Source: Dendrobates tinctorius (taxonomy: Eukaryota). Taken from it: a stretch of DNA of 64,000 nt. A program made the position numbers and the translations under genes. A model generated the notes under the pieces. It worked only from the letters and a program-made list of their open reading frames with translations. It did not search any database and had not been told where the DNA came from. Below are positions 47,051 to 61,396 of this stretch, in pieces (position 1 is the first letter of the stretch; every line of letters begins with the position of its first letter). Location: contig NW_027361794.1 of assembly GCF_039654945.1 (NCBI RefSeq), forward strand, positions 18,104,001 to 18,168,000. The letters run 5' to 3'.

Positions 47051-50000
47051 ATGGATATGGACAGAGACAAGATGGTGGAGAGGATATTACACCTCACCCT
47101 AGAGATCCTCTTCCGGCTTACTGGAGAGGTGAGAGATTCTGATGACGTCACATTACATCATTCTTATCTATGGGAATAACAGATGGACAGAACTGGAGAG
47201 GTGAGGACTCTGGAAATGTCTGTAGTGAGGTTTATTATTGTGTCTCTCCATAACCAGGATTACACTGTAGTGAAGAAGACCTCTAGTGGGCGCTGTCAAG
47301 ACCCTGTGTCTGAGAGATTGAGAAGACCCCTGAACCCAATCATGGGGCCTCCACCTCACCCCCTGATACATGATGACATCAATGACGAGAAGATCCTAGA
47401 ACTCACCTACAAGATGATTGAGCTGCTGACTGGAGAGGTGACACTGCTGGGAATGCTGGGACATTATACAGTAATGCTATGAAGGGATCAGGGGATGACG
47501 GTATCATTGTATGTGTCAGGTTCCTATAAGGTGTCAGGATGTCGCTGTCTATTTCTCCATGGAGGAGTGGGAGTATTTCGAACGACACAAAGATCTGTAC
47601 AAGGACGTCATGATGGAGGTCCCACAGCCCCTCACATCACCAGGTAATAGACAGGACTAAATACACACGGCCTATAATTATCTTTATGTAAAGAATGAAT
47701 TCAGTCCCTGTATGTGTTTCTTCCAGACCTGTCCAGTAAGAGGACAATACCAGAGAGATGTCCCCGTCCTCTTCTTCCACAGGACTGTAAACATGGAGAT
47801 CCCAATGTTCCTCAGGATCATCAGGTAGATGGAGAGAAGGTGTTATGAGATCTCCCCTATGATGTGTAGATGGCTGTGAAGGTCTTGTGCTCAGTCTTGT
47901 TTTATCCCCCAGTATTATATGTTTTATACTTGTGTAATGAGAGCGGTGGAGATGGCAGGATTAGAGCTGATCATAGATGTGACTTCTCCATCTGTGACTT
48001 TTACAATATTTATTTTAGGGTGAAGATCTGACCCATATTAATACTACAGAGACGTGTGAGGGGTGATGAGAGATGTAAAGAGGAGATTACTGCTTATAAC
48101 CGGTCGGGTGAGTACTGACCACTAAATATAGACAAGTCAGAGATTCTTCTTAGTCACCGGCTATGGCGGCTTTATCGGTGGTGTAGTCAGGCCGTATCAC
48201 AATCGTGTGATCAATACTATCATAAAACCTCACCGTTTAGAAAATGATTTTTGAATATGCAAATTTTATTAGTCACACAGAGTCCAACGTCTTGGCCGAG
48301 CGGGCCTTTATCAAGGGTATTTATCTAAACAAAATATAACAATAATATAAAATAAATGAATCCTGTCTAAGAATGGCACAAAATGAAATAAGTACAGTAT
48401 CACTGACTGACATATTAGTGCGAGTGAAAAAAAGTTTATAATAAAAGTGTCATGGTCACGTGTGGCAGTACACACCGCCTCCAGCAGGGCGAATTTATAT
48501 GACACGCGTGACCCTGGATACACCGCCGCCAGCAGGGCGAATTTAAATAATACAACGTGCAGCTGGATACCCCGCCTCCAGCAGACGAATTTCAGTATAC
48601 ACGTATCTATGGATACACCGCCTCCAGGAGGGCTAATTTAAACAATAAAAGGAAACACCAGGGAAACCGATACAATGGAGGGCCCTGCGATAGGGAACGG
48701 GGACGTGGAGACCTCCTGCACTCCCCTGAGCCAGTGTCCCTGCACTCCTCACGAACCCCAGGCCGGTTCCGCACCGGGCGCCGATCAGGAACCTAAAATC
48801 CCTAACTCTCCCTGCGCCAGTCCCTTACTAGTGAAGTGGACGGTGCAGAAACTAATCCCACCACTGCACTAAACACACACTGAGGAAAGTGACAAAACAG
48901 GGAAACACCACTTAGCTATGCTCTGTTTCTAATGCTCTCAGCAACAGAGTCCAACACCTGAGTGCACCTTTTCTTCCCACCGGGTCCAACACCAGCATGC
49001 AGCCTTGGAGCAACAGAGTCCAGAACCTGAGTGCAGCAGTCCAGAAACAAAGTCCAGCATCCAAGTGTAGCTTTCCAGCAACAAAGTCCAGCATCATGAT
49101 TGCAGCTTTACACCATAGCTGCCACTCCACCAAGCTTTGCAAGAACTCCTCATTGACACCATAGCTGCCACTCCACCAAGCTATGCAAGCACTCCTCGCT
49201 GACACCATAGCTGCCCCTCCAGGACTCTGACTGAGATGCCCGGGACTCTCCTCCAGCTCCTTCCTTCACCAAGGCTTGGTTGCAACTGAGCAATATCACC
49301 CACGCTGATTGCAACACCTGACACTCTTTTATAGGTCAGCCAGAGCAGTCACACCTGCTAAATAATAACGTGCAATAAACCAAAGTAACCAGTGTGCAAT
49401 GACCCTAACGGCCACCGGGGGCAAACTAGAACTGAAACCACCACAGTGCAATGACCCTAACGGCCACCGAGGGCAAACTAGAACTGAAACCACCACAGTG
49501 CAATGACCCTAATGGCCACCGGGGGCAAAACCAACGCCGAGCACACAGCTCAAGGAAAAAAAAGGTTACTTGAACATTTGTCTGTCAGATCCAACCTGGA
49601 TCATTACAAAAAGAAGACGTCTAATCAATATACGCAATACATTGAACAGAAATAACGAAAAAGATTTTTTTCCTCTCAGGAGTAAGGACTCCATCATCAG
49701 AATAAATCCTCACAATAAATCAATAAGTACAATCTGTAAAAAAAAGAGGAAAAGAGGGGAGAGAAGTTACTCAAATACCATAAATAAAATACAGCCTAAC
49801 GCAGCTTAAAGGTACCATAGAGGAAATGTGCAAAAAGTAAAAGGATATAAGTACCTGTGTGGCTATATATTGAAGTTTCAAAAGCTCTAAGAAAGAAGAG
49901 GAGAAAATAAGGGTAAAAATAAGGTAAAAACCAGAGTATGACAGAAGAAAGCATTGTAAGTATATTGTAATATAAGCGGTATATAGCTAATATTTACAAA

Positions 50001-53000
50001 CCTAGAACGAGAAATGCGGTAACATGGGACTGCGCTGCTGCCTGTGGAGTGTGTGCATGTGTATGGGCCGGAACTTGTGTCTCTTTTATATTCTACTCAT
50101 GACACAAATGCACTACAGCTGGAGGGGTACAGGCGTGCAATATCGCCAATATCGCGCATGCGCAAACCGTCTCTCCGGACGGAAGTGGGGCATGATCTGT
50201 ACGAGTAAAAAGGAAGTGTGTCAGAGAAGCTTAATGTTTAACCGCGCGGATGCAGACCGTCCCTCTGGATGGAAGTGGGGCATAATCATGTCCGAAATCG
50301 GAAGTGTGGCAAGGAGGAGTGATAATGTATAAATAATGACCGCTACAGCGCAAGCGCTAGAAATAACGAAAAGAGGAGAAAATATGTGTATAATTATAAG
50401 TATATTATATTACATATATCTGAGCCAGGTCAAATATGAAGGTCTATATCGCATGTATGTGTAAAATTGTTATAAAAACAAGAAATAGAGGGAGGGAAAG
50501 AAAAAAGAAAAGGGGGGAAAACACCACCAAGTGAAAAAGATCAGAACCGAAAGTGGGTACCTTCCTTCCGCGATTAGGTCTGTAAAAGAATAAAAAGAGA
50601 AAGAAAAAATTATTCTTATATTACATAGACACATATGAGGCACTTATATAAATACCTATACAATGCTCATAACATGTTACTTATGAGAAAACCTACGAAT
50701 GTTTGCATGTGTACACATATTGAGGGATACATGTATACATATGACGAGTTTGATCTTTATCTCTCAACGGGAGATCTTTAGATATACCGGATGGTAGCCA
50801 GATTGATAGCTTGTTGCCCGGGCAAGGTGACAGATCAATACAGAGACAGGTTATGTATCTGCAACATGCCACACGGCTGTTTAATCACATCAAGTTTATA
50901 TACTCTTTTGAGTAGGCGGTTACATTACATCATCATATTCCATTGGACAGTTGATTATTCAAGAGTAAGCATAAATGGTTTCAACCAATCATATTCATAT
51001 TCGGCAACCAATCAGATTGTACTCGGCTGTTAATTATTAGATACATTCGGGAATTTCCAGAAAAAGGTGGAAACAGGTATTGGTTATACAATACCCTAAC
51101 ATTAGCCTCATTAACCTGTCTTAATAAGGGTTCATAGCCCCTTTATCTATCTATTTCTAAGACTATCTACCTTAGGCCTACATGGAACTCGTGATATGTT
51201 CTTTAGTTACATGAATCATAAGAGTTATAGAGGTGAGAGGCAAGAATAACAGGATTAGGTGATAGTTGATCTCTTCTCTGTCAGCTAATATCATAGAAGT
51301 ATGGAGAGTGAGACCCTAAGAGTGTATGAAGGGACCCCAAAGAATCAGGGTTTCCCTATCACACATATATATCCAAAATAACTAATATTATAAGGTAAAT
51401 ATAGTGCTCTCTATAAAAAGATCAAGGCACCAAAACTCCACATTATCATAATGGAAGTTAAAATAAAATTAAAATGGAGAAAACCTGGAGAAAAAAATCA
51501 ATAAAAAACCTCATACTCCCTATTAAGGCCAAAAGGTTCCAATGTTTGAAGAACAAAAATCCAATAGGACTCTCTTTCAGTCTTTGTATCCTGTTGCCAC
51601 CTCGTCTAGCCAGAGGTACACTGTCAATTACTTGATAACAAAGTTTAGAAATATTGTGGTTATGAGAAATAAAATGAGCTGAAATGGGTAACAGAGTTCT
51701 CTTACAGCTGATAGTGGATTTATGTTGAGAGATTCGGTCTTGGATATGTTGGGTAGTCTCTCCAACATATCCGAGACCGCATGGGCATTTTATGAAATAT
51801 ATTACATATGATGAGTCACAATTGTAATAGTCCTTAATTGGAAAAATCTTTCCCGATCTGGGATGGGTAAAGGTGTCCCCTTTAGTAATTTTGGAACATT
51901 GCAAACAATGCAAGCAAGGAAAAGTCCCTTTGCGCAATGGCCTAAATAAAATTTGTCTTCTTGAATCACGGGAACTACCAATGTCTGCCCTTACTTAAAG
52001 ATTGCGTAAGTTAGGAGGTTTTTTGTGACAAATCAAAGGTGGAGCTTAAAATTGGGGTATCTGAGGATAAGAATTAGAGAGGAGTGGCCAGTGTCGACGA
52101 ATAACCTTATGGATGAGATACATAAAGGGATGGTATGTGTTAACGAAGGCCACCCTATTAATTTTAGTTGCATGACTAGATATAGATGGAGGAGAAAAAG
52201 ACAACAGGGAATCGGGATATCCTCGGGATTCGAATTTGGATTTCATTTCAGCAAAACGACCAACACGATTAAGATTATCAGACACAATATGGTTAATACG
52301 GCAAAATTGTGATCTTGGGAGAGATTTTTTTTTATGTGTTTCGGATGACAGCTAGTGAAATGTAGGAGACTATTTTTGTCCATTGGTTTTACAAACAAAT
52401 CAGTGGAAAGGGAACCATCAATATCTCTAATAACCCAGGTGTCAAGAAAAGGAATAGAAACTGAATTATATTGCTTAGTGAAAGATAAACCTGCAACTTT
52501 TGTATTAAGATCTTGGAAAAAACTCTCAAGAGAAACCAAGTCACTCGTCCAGATGAGAAAAATGTCGTCTGTGTATCTCTTCCACAGTACCGAGTACTGT
52601 TGGAAGAGAACATGTGGGTAGACAAACTCTAATTCAAATTCTGCCATAAAAATATTGGCATATGGGGGCACCAGATTTGAACCCATTGCAGTGCCAGTTA
52701 ATTGAATAAAAAACTGATCCTCAAATAAGAAAAAATTCTTTGTTAGAATGAGAGTCAACATAGAAATACAAAAAGATTGAATGTCGCTAGAAAAATCCGT
52801 TTTATTTTCTAAAAATATTTTTACGGCTTGAATACCCCTTGTATGGCTAATAATAGTATATAAACTAGTGACCTCTAATGTCACCAAGTAACAATTAACC
52901 GAAGTTAAATTCAAATCCCTAATGCAAGACAAAAAATGTGATGTATCTCTAAGCCATGAGGGGATCAAATGTAAGACAGGAGAAAGGATCTTTTCAAGTA

Positions 53001-55254
53001 CAACAGATAACGGTGATAATATTTTTACCCTTTTGTTCTCCTCTTCTGTCTTTAAAGCTTTTGAAACTTCAATATATAGCCACACAGGTACTTATATCCT
53101 TTTACTTGTTGCACATTTCCTCTATGGTACCTTTAAGCTGCGTTAGGCTGTATTTTATTTATGGTATTTGAGTAACTGTTCTCTCCCCTCTTTTTTCCCT
53201 TTTATTTACAGATTGTACTTATTGATTTATTGTGAGGATTTATTCTGATGATGGAGTCCTTACTCCTGAGAGGAAAATAATCTTTTTCGTTATTTCTGTA
53301 AATTTTGTCAATGTATTGCGTATATTGACCAATATTGACCAGATGTTTTCTTTTATTATAAACTTTTTTCACTCGCACTAATATGTCAGTCAGTGATACT
53401 GTACTTATTTCATTTTGTGTCATTCTTAGACATGATTCCTAATTTTACATTATTGTTATATTTTTTAAAGATAAAAACCCTTGATAAAGGCCTGCTCGGC
53501 CGAAACGTTGGGCTCTGTGTGACTGAAAAATAAAATTTGCATATTCAAAAATCATTTTCTAAAGCCTCAGGTTTTATGATATTATTGATTGATTTTCCTG
53601 ACGGCTTGGTTGTCTTTCCCCATATATATATTATACAATCGTGTGATCACCATTTTGCCGCTAGACAACGTTTTCCACCACCCAAAACAGTTCAGATGAC
53701 CTTGGTCATTGAAAGCCCTTTTCTATAGAAGTTACAACCTTGAGGATCCACTTACTACCTGGGATTAGAAAACGCTGACCATTACCTGCTCAGATCTGAA
53801 AACTAAAAAGCCAAATGACAGTGTACATAGAATGTGCTGACAAGTTAGAAAATCACTTGAAGAAAAATATTATGATGGGTCTGTAAGAGAAAGTGGAAGG
53901 TAATGATGCTGTTGGCTTCCTAGATCCCTGATATTTTATTGGATGAATCTAGCTTCTCTCCCTTCTGTGCTACTGAATGTGCTCATATGGTCCCTACAAG
54001 ACCAGGTCCAGTCTTTCCGGCCAAACTTCTCTTTTATGATCACTAACATTAAATGTGCAGTGAGGCCAAGTGTGAATTTCTGTACAATAACAACAGAGTT
54101 TTCCTTCATCCTTACTTTTCAATTTAAAAATGAATAACTTCAAACAGGGTCGTGAGAAACTGCATAAAAATATTACACCTTTTATAAATTTCAATGATTT
54201 TATTCAAAAATAATAATTGGTTTTATTCTTGGCAGATGACTGTACCAGGAGATCAGGGGGACAGCTGACATCTTCAATTTTTAAATCAGATGATCTTGAG
54301 ATTACACAGGATACCACTGAAGTGAATGCCATTAATCCAGATATTCCATCATCCCTTCAAAGCAAAGATCGACCTTCTGATCCTTTGAAACAGGTCCTGT
54401 CTTCTGATTCATTACTGACCCCTGAGGAAACTCAAAGTCACAAAATAAGCATTAAAAAACAAACTTATAAAGCAAAGAAACCATTCTCAAGTTCTGAATA
54501 TGTAAATAGTTTTCCCCTCGAAAAGTCGTTTCTTAAATATCAAAAAATTCACACAGAGGAGAATAGATTTTCTTGTTCAAAGTGTGGGAAATGTTTTAAC
54601 CAGAAATCACATCTAGTTACACACCAGATAACTCACACAGGGGAGAAGCCTTTTTCATGTTCAGAATGTGGGAAATGTTTTACAGATAAATCAAATCTTA
54701 TCACACATCAGAGAACTCACACAGGGGAGAAGCCTTTTTCATGTTCAGAATGTGGGAAATATTTTACAGATAAATCAAATCTTATCACACATCAGAGAAC
54801 TCACACAGGGAAGAAGCCTTTTTCCTGTTCAGAATGTGGGAAATGTTTTACAGGTAAATCAAATCTTATCACACATCAGAGAACTCACACAGGGGAGAAG
54901 CCATTTTCATGTTCAGAATGTGGGAAATATTTTACACGGAAATCAAATCTTATCACACATCAGAGAACTCACATAGGGGAGAAGCCATTTTCATGTTCAG
55001 AATGTGGGAAATATTTTACACGGAAATCAAATCTTATCACACATCAGAGTGCTCACATAGGGGAGAAGCCATTTTCATGTTCAGAATGTGGGAAATATTT
55101 TACACGGAAATCAAATCTTATCACACATCAGAGAACTCACACAGGGGAGAAGCCTTTTTCATGTTCAGAATGTGGAAAATGTTTTGAGAGGAAATCATCT
55201 CTTTTTAGCCATCAGAGCAGTCACACTGGAGAGAAGCTTTTTTCATGTTCCTAA
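47051..55254 (+). pseudogene. KRAB C2H2 zinc-finger gene, right copy. Exons 47051-47128, 47258-47437, 47520-47643, 47727-47824, 48019-48107, 54236-55254. Frameshift in exon 5.
   Basis: All splice sites are canonical, with KRAB-A-like [20 protein letters not shown] and 8 C2H2 fingers. Exon 5 is 89 nt versus 91 nt in the left copy, giving TGA at 48064-48066. Confidence 0.85.
48214..53634 (-). mobile_element. PLE1 (mirror), with solo LTR 48448-49608 and hammerhead variant 53478-53512
   Basis: TSD ACAATCGTGTGATCA at 48199-48213 and 53635-53649. RT 52243-53085 and GIY-YIG 51458-51937. Confidence 0.92.
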
Positions 55255-56065
55255 TGCGGGAAAAGTTTTATTTGGAAATTTAACTCTTAATAAACTTCAG
55301 AGTAGTCAAACAGGGGAGAAGCCTTTTTCATCTTCAGAATGTTTTAACCAAAAAGTGTATCTTATCATTTCTCATGTTCGGTCTCTTTAAAATATGAACA
55401 ATCATACTCTCCTTCCATGCCTATGCTGATTAATTGGTGTTGCGATTCACATTCCCGCATTTCTTATCAAAGGGCACATCTTCCCACTCTGGTGCCATTA
55501 CTGCCTCAGCTTGGAAAAAGCACTTAACTCACAGGCTTGAGCTGTCTTACATTATGAAAGTCTTGCAATTTCTCCATTCTTAATGTCGGTCTCACAAGAA
55601 AACAGCTCCACAAATCTTCTTGTGTTCTCACCGATGCCCACATACTGAGCAATGTTTGCTTCACAGGGGAATTTACCTCCCCCCTCCCAAACCACAGGGG
55701 ATTCTGATATGTGGAACACCATAATTGATTTGTATACCGTATTGCATCTATGCCTACTAAACAAGACATGGAGCAATATAAACAAAGGCTGGAGACCACA
55801 TACAAAACTGAAAATATGTTCCCTCACTTATAGCCTGTCACAGCTTACTGTCAAGGTACAGAGATTACAGGATGATGTTGTACAAGTTTTGGACCATCAA
55901 AATGCTCATAAACTAACACTGGATCTTCACAGCCAGCAAATAAACAGTCTGTATAATATGGTTGATGACCAAGAAAATCACAATAATATCTGGATAAGAG
56001 GTATACCTGAAAGCATCAATGCACAAGTGATTATGCAGACACTGCTCACTTAATTCAATACTATC

Positions 56066-59000
56066 CTACCAATGCTATACTAGATTTTCACAATAATCCT
56101 ATACACTATCAATATACCGTTTCCTATACATAGTATAATATTTACAATCATAATAACATTATTAGTTACAGTCAAAAAGCTGTCATTATTTGAGGTAAGT
56201 GGCAGATTCTATCCCAGCCGGGGTATCTTCTAGTGTCCTTGTGCTGTATGGAGGACCCGCTCAAAACCTCCAACGTTGGTTTTGGGTGAGCGGCAAGATA
56301 TAACTGGTTTCCCCTTTAGACCTCATCTTCGGCCACACCTAACAGGTTTTTCTTTAGGTCTGTAGTTGTTGTGCAATGATGAAGTCTCTGTATTTTAAAA
56401 GGCACGTGTAAAACCAAGAAGGAGCACCTGAATAGGTGCTAAACTATATACAAAGAAAGTTTTGATCACTCACTGTTCATGATCCCATTGTCTCTACTTC
56501 TTTTTCTCCTTATGACTATAAAACATAATCAGGTATAATATGTTGCCAAAGCCCCCCTGGGTCTAACTATTTACAACGGACTTGCCCTAGTCTCTGTTCA
56601 TTTTAATGGGGCTGAATGATACAACCTCCTGGTTACATTGAAGCTGTTTGGTTCCCTTGCTTCCAGGGAAGAACTTCAGGACTACTGCGTCTTGGATGGA
56701 TTATGATTGCTGTAGCAGCCTGGGTATATACTGCTTGCGGAGCTTCATCTGGTAAAGTCTCCTCCTGTCCTATTGTTGGCAATGATGATGGATTGAGTGC
56801 TGGTTGAGGTACAATTGCAGCCTGAGGAACAATCTGCCTTACTGCAGCTGGTGTCACTGCTGCTGTACGTGGCACTGGTGGTATTGCCATGGCTAGGATT
56901 ACACTGACGGAGCCTCAGTTGTTGCCCCCTGGTGGTCCTGTGGAGCTATCAGCTCGGCGGGAATCCTGCGGACATGAAGCACGTACCATCTCCTGTCTCC
57001 AAGATGGCGAGTAAAGGAGACATACTCGTGAGGGAACAGATCGCGCTCCGGATGTCCCCGGATGAGATGAGCTTCGACATCCCGCCTGTTCACAAATAGG
57101 TTGGGAGCTTTTCTGGAGTCCTGGATGAACCTGAATCCTCTGAGGTCGAAGCAGAGGACTCTGCCCCAACCCATGGGATTACAGTTCTCCAAATGCTCAC
57201 CATGGGCCTGGATCTTGCCCCTTAGATTACGCTCCGCCAAGGCCAGTTTCTGCCTTTGTCGCTCCCACTCTTCCTGCACAAATGTAAGTATCTGCCTATG
57301 GCAGAACTCTTGTGTGGTGATGGGGAACCCCATGACATCAGCTCCCTCTTCCTCCCCTCCCACCCGGCCATCTCCAGCCTGTTGCACGCTGCGGGAGTTG
57401 ACTGCATTATGGGGACAGGTTCCAGGATCCCTCCCCTGGGCGCAGCTTTCCGGTCCCCGGCGATGTCCATGACGACCTGGCCGGAATTTGTGGTCGGTGG
57501 TAACCCGATGGGGCCTAGCAGGGCATCCCTTGTCCCAGGGGCGCTGACCGTACCTATTCCTCCAGGGCCGCAGTCATCTTTCACAGGCTCCGGTGACGGA
57601 GAGACTGGTGCGGCAGGTACCGGCGAAGATGGTACCTGGGAACTGGCGGTGGGTATCATTGGTGGTGGTACCTTGGAACTGGGAGTGGGTACCGGTGGCA
57701 TTGGTACCAGTGTTCTGGCAGTTTCCTCATGGGCAGCCTGTCTTTTCTGCGCAAGGAGAGCCTGCCACTGATGCAGACTCCTTTTCAGCTCCTCAATTTC
57801 CTGCTCCAGGTTGACATACTCCGAGGGGCCGGAGCCTGATTGCACAGAGTCGGGAGAAAGTTGCATTTCTCCACCGCACTTCACAGGCCTCCTTCTGCTC
57901 TCCATCATGGCCTCCTGGTGTACTGGCTTCTCCTATGCTCTCTTTCCCACCGTGGGGCCTCTCTTCACCCCCTGGCGGCTGTGTCTTTTTCCTTTGCTGC
58001 AATACCAGGCCAAGATCCAGACCCCTCTGGCTGTCGGCCATGATGCAGTTGCATAGAAGTACAGGCAGGGGAGGTTCATGCTGCTTCACGCTCTTTCTTG
58101 GGTACCGCCCACGATGGCATGCCTCACCGCACACCTCGTGGGACCGCCATAGCAGCCATCTTTACAGTCAAAATCATAGTCCAATAAATGTGTTGTGGTT
58201 TGCCCATTGTGGTTTATTTCTCAGTACAGTCACATTTCTGGCACACAGGACCCAGTGACACCGAGCATCGAAATCCTGTTCGTGACACCAAGTTGGAGCG
58301 CCCACCAGAGCCGTGGGGTACTCTGTATCGGGCCGCTTTTTAAAGGGACAGCATCACTGCGGCGGTGACCCGGTCCGTGTCCCTGGGCATCCAATAAATG
58401 GGGTATATTTACAGGGGATTGAAAATAAAGAGTTTTTGTATACAGTGTTTGTGACGCCACCTGTAGTATCTGATCAGAAGGGACCAGCGCTGCAGTGCAG
58501 ATCCTCTGGGACTGATGGTGTGATGCAGCAGAGTTGGAATAGCTCTCCACAGGCAGAGCTTAGTCCCAGTGCAGTTGTAGAAGAAATTGAGGATCACGGT
58601 GATGATATAGTGTTAGGCAAGAGATGTAGCAGTGCTGAGAATGTGACGCAGGAAGAATGCAAAAGACACAGCTGGGTGCAGTTCCAAAGCTTTACTCATA
58701 GTTCTGTCTACAGTACAGATTCCCGCTTGGTGCCACATCCTCCAGGTGAGGGATCCAGCCAACCTCCAGAAAGATAGAGAACACCTTTCCAGAATTTCCT
58801 GTCAGTATGTGCCTTCCCTGGCCATCTCACAGTGCTGCTTTCCACTTTCCTTCCTTTCCAGCACCTCACAGTCAGTGTCCCAGGCCAGCTGCCGCGAACC
58901 CTGCCAGATAACGTGACCCAAAACGTTTTCTTGATCCTTTCTGGCTGCCTTTCCGGAGAAGATAACTGTGGTAATTGGCAGTGGCCCCTAAAGTTGCCAC

Positions 59001-59540
59001 AGCTGTTGGCTTGCTAACTGAGTCCTGTTGTCCACTCCACTAGGCTAGGGGTCGAGACCCTTCTGCGACCTGGAATTCCCCAACCTGACGTCCGTCAGCA
59101 TGGAACGAGCCCCACGGGGAGTACTCTCCACCAGTGCCTCTGGGAAATCCCTATCCCCTTCAGGGAGCTTCTTTCAGTCCTTCAGTCCGTACCAGCAGTC
59201 CCTCAGAGCAGGGGTCTGCTGTACAATTCTATCTCTTCCCACCTTCACTTACGGGAAGGTTGCCTATGCACGTCTTTTCCCTTCTTCCTCTACGGGAAGA
59301 CTGATCCTAACTTCCCTTCTATTCTCCCGCTCCAACCTTCCAGCTCCACCCACCTTCTAACACCCTTTCCTAGCCAGCAGGGATGGTGAAGCACATCACT
59401 TGCTGCTGTGGTGTGTGGTGGATGCAGTGTTTTTTTTTATAGCCAGGTCAGATGTCTCCATCTTACCTGAAAGGTGGGATACTACACCTCTGGTTGAGGT
59501 GCAATACCTCTGTGGCGACTGGACCCTCAGGGGCGCCACA
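56066..59540 (-). mobile_element. Cold-shock-domain LTR element (mirror): 5' LTR 58294-59540, PPT and 3' LTR deleted
   Basis: ORFs 57222-57908 and 56899-57387 mirror 9661-10347 and 10182-10670. RNP1 reads GFRFI here. Confidence 0.88.
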
Positions 59541-60482
59541 TATATTTTCAAAAATCCAAGCAGCATGAGACCATTCTGTGATGCCCTGGATATTCCCAGA
59601 ATCCATATATATCTTACTGGACATCTGCTCCACCATTGCCACAGAGAGTTCCAGCACGTTGCAGAAGGCTTTCAATGGATCAGGAACTTTCCAGATGGGA
59701 AAGGAACCTGCCAATCATATGAGCTTCTGAAATGAAACTTGTCTCCCCTGATGAGAGAGACAGTTTACAGATGTTTGGTTGTTTCTTTAAGAATATAATT
59801 ACATATAGCTTAATAGAGTTTTATGTTCCTCTCTCCCACTATAAAGAATGTCTCAGTTCATATAAGATCTTAGAACTGCATATAAGTTGAGCTCACATTA
59901 TATTACTGTGATATCTGGCTGTATTAGTTTACTTGCTATGTATTCCATGGTTCCACTTAGTAGGATCCCTAGGACTGAAAGTTAGACTTACACCTGTAAA
60001 AAAAAAAACAACACCAGTTATGGATTTGAGTTGGGGTCTGCTTGTTTCGCAGTTTCTTTGTGTTCAATATATCCATAATCTATATGCCTTGGAGGTAGAG
60101 AGGTAGACGTTACTATCTATACTTCCTCCTTCCTCTTAATCTTTCTATCTATCCTTTTTTTCCTTCCCCCTTTTTTCCATATAATATGGCACAACTATAA
60201 CTTACCAGAGCTACAGAAAGCAAAAAAAGAGTAGTGAGTGGAGGATAAGCGTATATGTTTGGTATCACAAATCTTGAGGGATGAATTATTTAAGAGCTTT
60301 GAACAAATAATGGCCGATTTTTAACTTTCCAAATAGGGTCGTTAATCAGTATCTGCAAATACGTCATGTGTATAGTACACTATCTAGAATAAACGCCTTA
60401 CTGATTTATAGATCTCACAATAGATACAATTCCTAAAGTGGTGGACACAAAAGGTCTAATATCCCTTATTTATAGGCAGTTA

Positions 60483-60986
60483 AGGCCCTGTCACACTAAA
60501 CGATGTCCAATGATCCGACATGATGGGATCGCTGGGGCATCGTTAGGCTAATCGCTGGTGAGCTGTCACATAGACAGCCCCAGCGATCGGGACGAGTGAC
60601 TCTGGTTTCTAATGTAAACGTCGGGTATCCAGGAGCTGCGCGACTCCTGGATACCCGCTGTTTACCTTGGAACCCGGCGTACAAGCTGGTTTCCAAGGTA
60701 AACATCAGGTATCTAGGAGCCGCGCGGCTCCTGGATACTTGACGTTTACATTAGCAACCAGCGTCGCTGATCGCTGGTCTCTCGCTGCCACACGCAGCGA
60801 TGCGCGTTGGGCAGCGGGAGACCAGCGATCGAAAAACTGCCCAGGCCGCTCAAGCACGATCAGCGATAACCGGCAGTGGGGCCAGTCGCTGATCCCCGTT
60901 ACACACAGCGATCTCACTGGCAAGATTGCTGATGTGTCACAAAATCAGCGATCTCGCTAGCGAGATCACTTAGTGTGACGGGGCCT
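60483..60986. mobile_element. PIF/Harbinger MITE (mirror)
   Basis: Same TIRs, TTA TSD. Confidence 0.9.
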
Positions 60987-61149
60987 TTACTGGCCCTACA
61001 TTTGATAGTTTAGACAAAATGGGAGGATGACGTGGGTCCTTTGAGGAGCAATGGGTGAAAATGCTGTATGTGATACCTAAACTTTACTTGTCGGAGTCAC
61101 AAAGAATGTTCCAAATTCCTCTCATCCATAGGGTATATAAATCCCCAAT

Positions 61150-61396
61150 GTTATGCACCAGAGAACTCACGCAGGGGAGAAGCCTTTCATGTTCAGAATG
61201 TGGAAAATGTTTTAAATAGAGATCAGATGTTGTTATACATCAAAGAACCCACACAGAGGAGAAGCTTTTTCCTGTTTAAAATGTGGGAAATGTTTTACAG
61301 AGAAATCAATACTTGTTACACATCAGAGGACTCACATAGGGGTGAAGCCATTTTCATGTTCAGAAGGTGGAAAATGTTATGTGAAGAAATCATCTC
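61150..61396 (+). pseudogene. Degenerate C2H2 repeats (mirror)
   Basis: Mirror of 6176-6422. Confidence 0.85.

Larger units (their letters stand above)
55364..61149 (+). mobile_element. Decayed L1 remnant (mirror) with nested elements
   Basis: Mirror of 6423-13346 minus 1141 bp. Confidence 0.65.

Noticed and set aside
58268-58290. tRNA-Ser gene
   Set aside because: Only the 3'-terminal roughly 20 nt including CCA are present, adjacent to an LTR, so this is a PBS.
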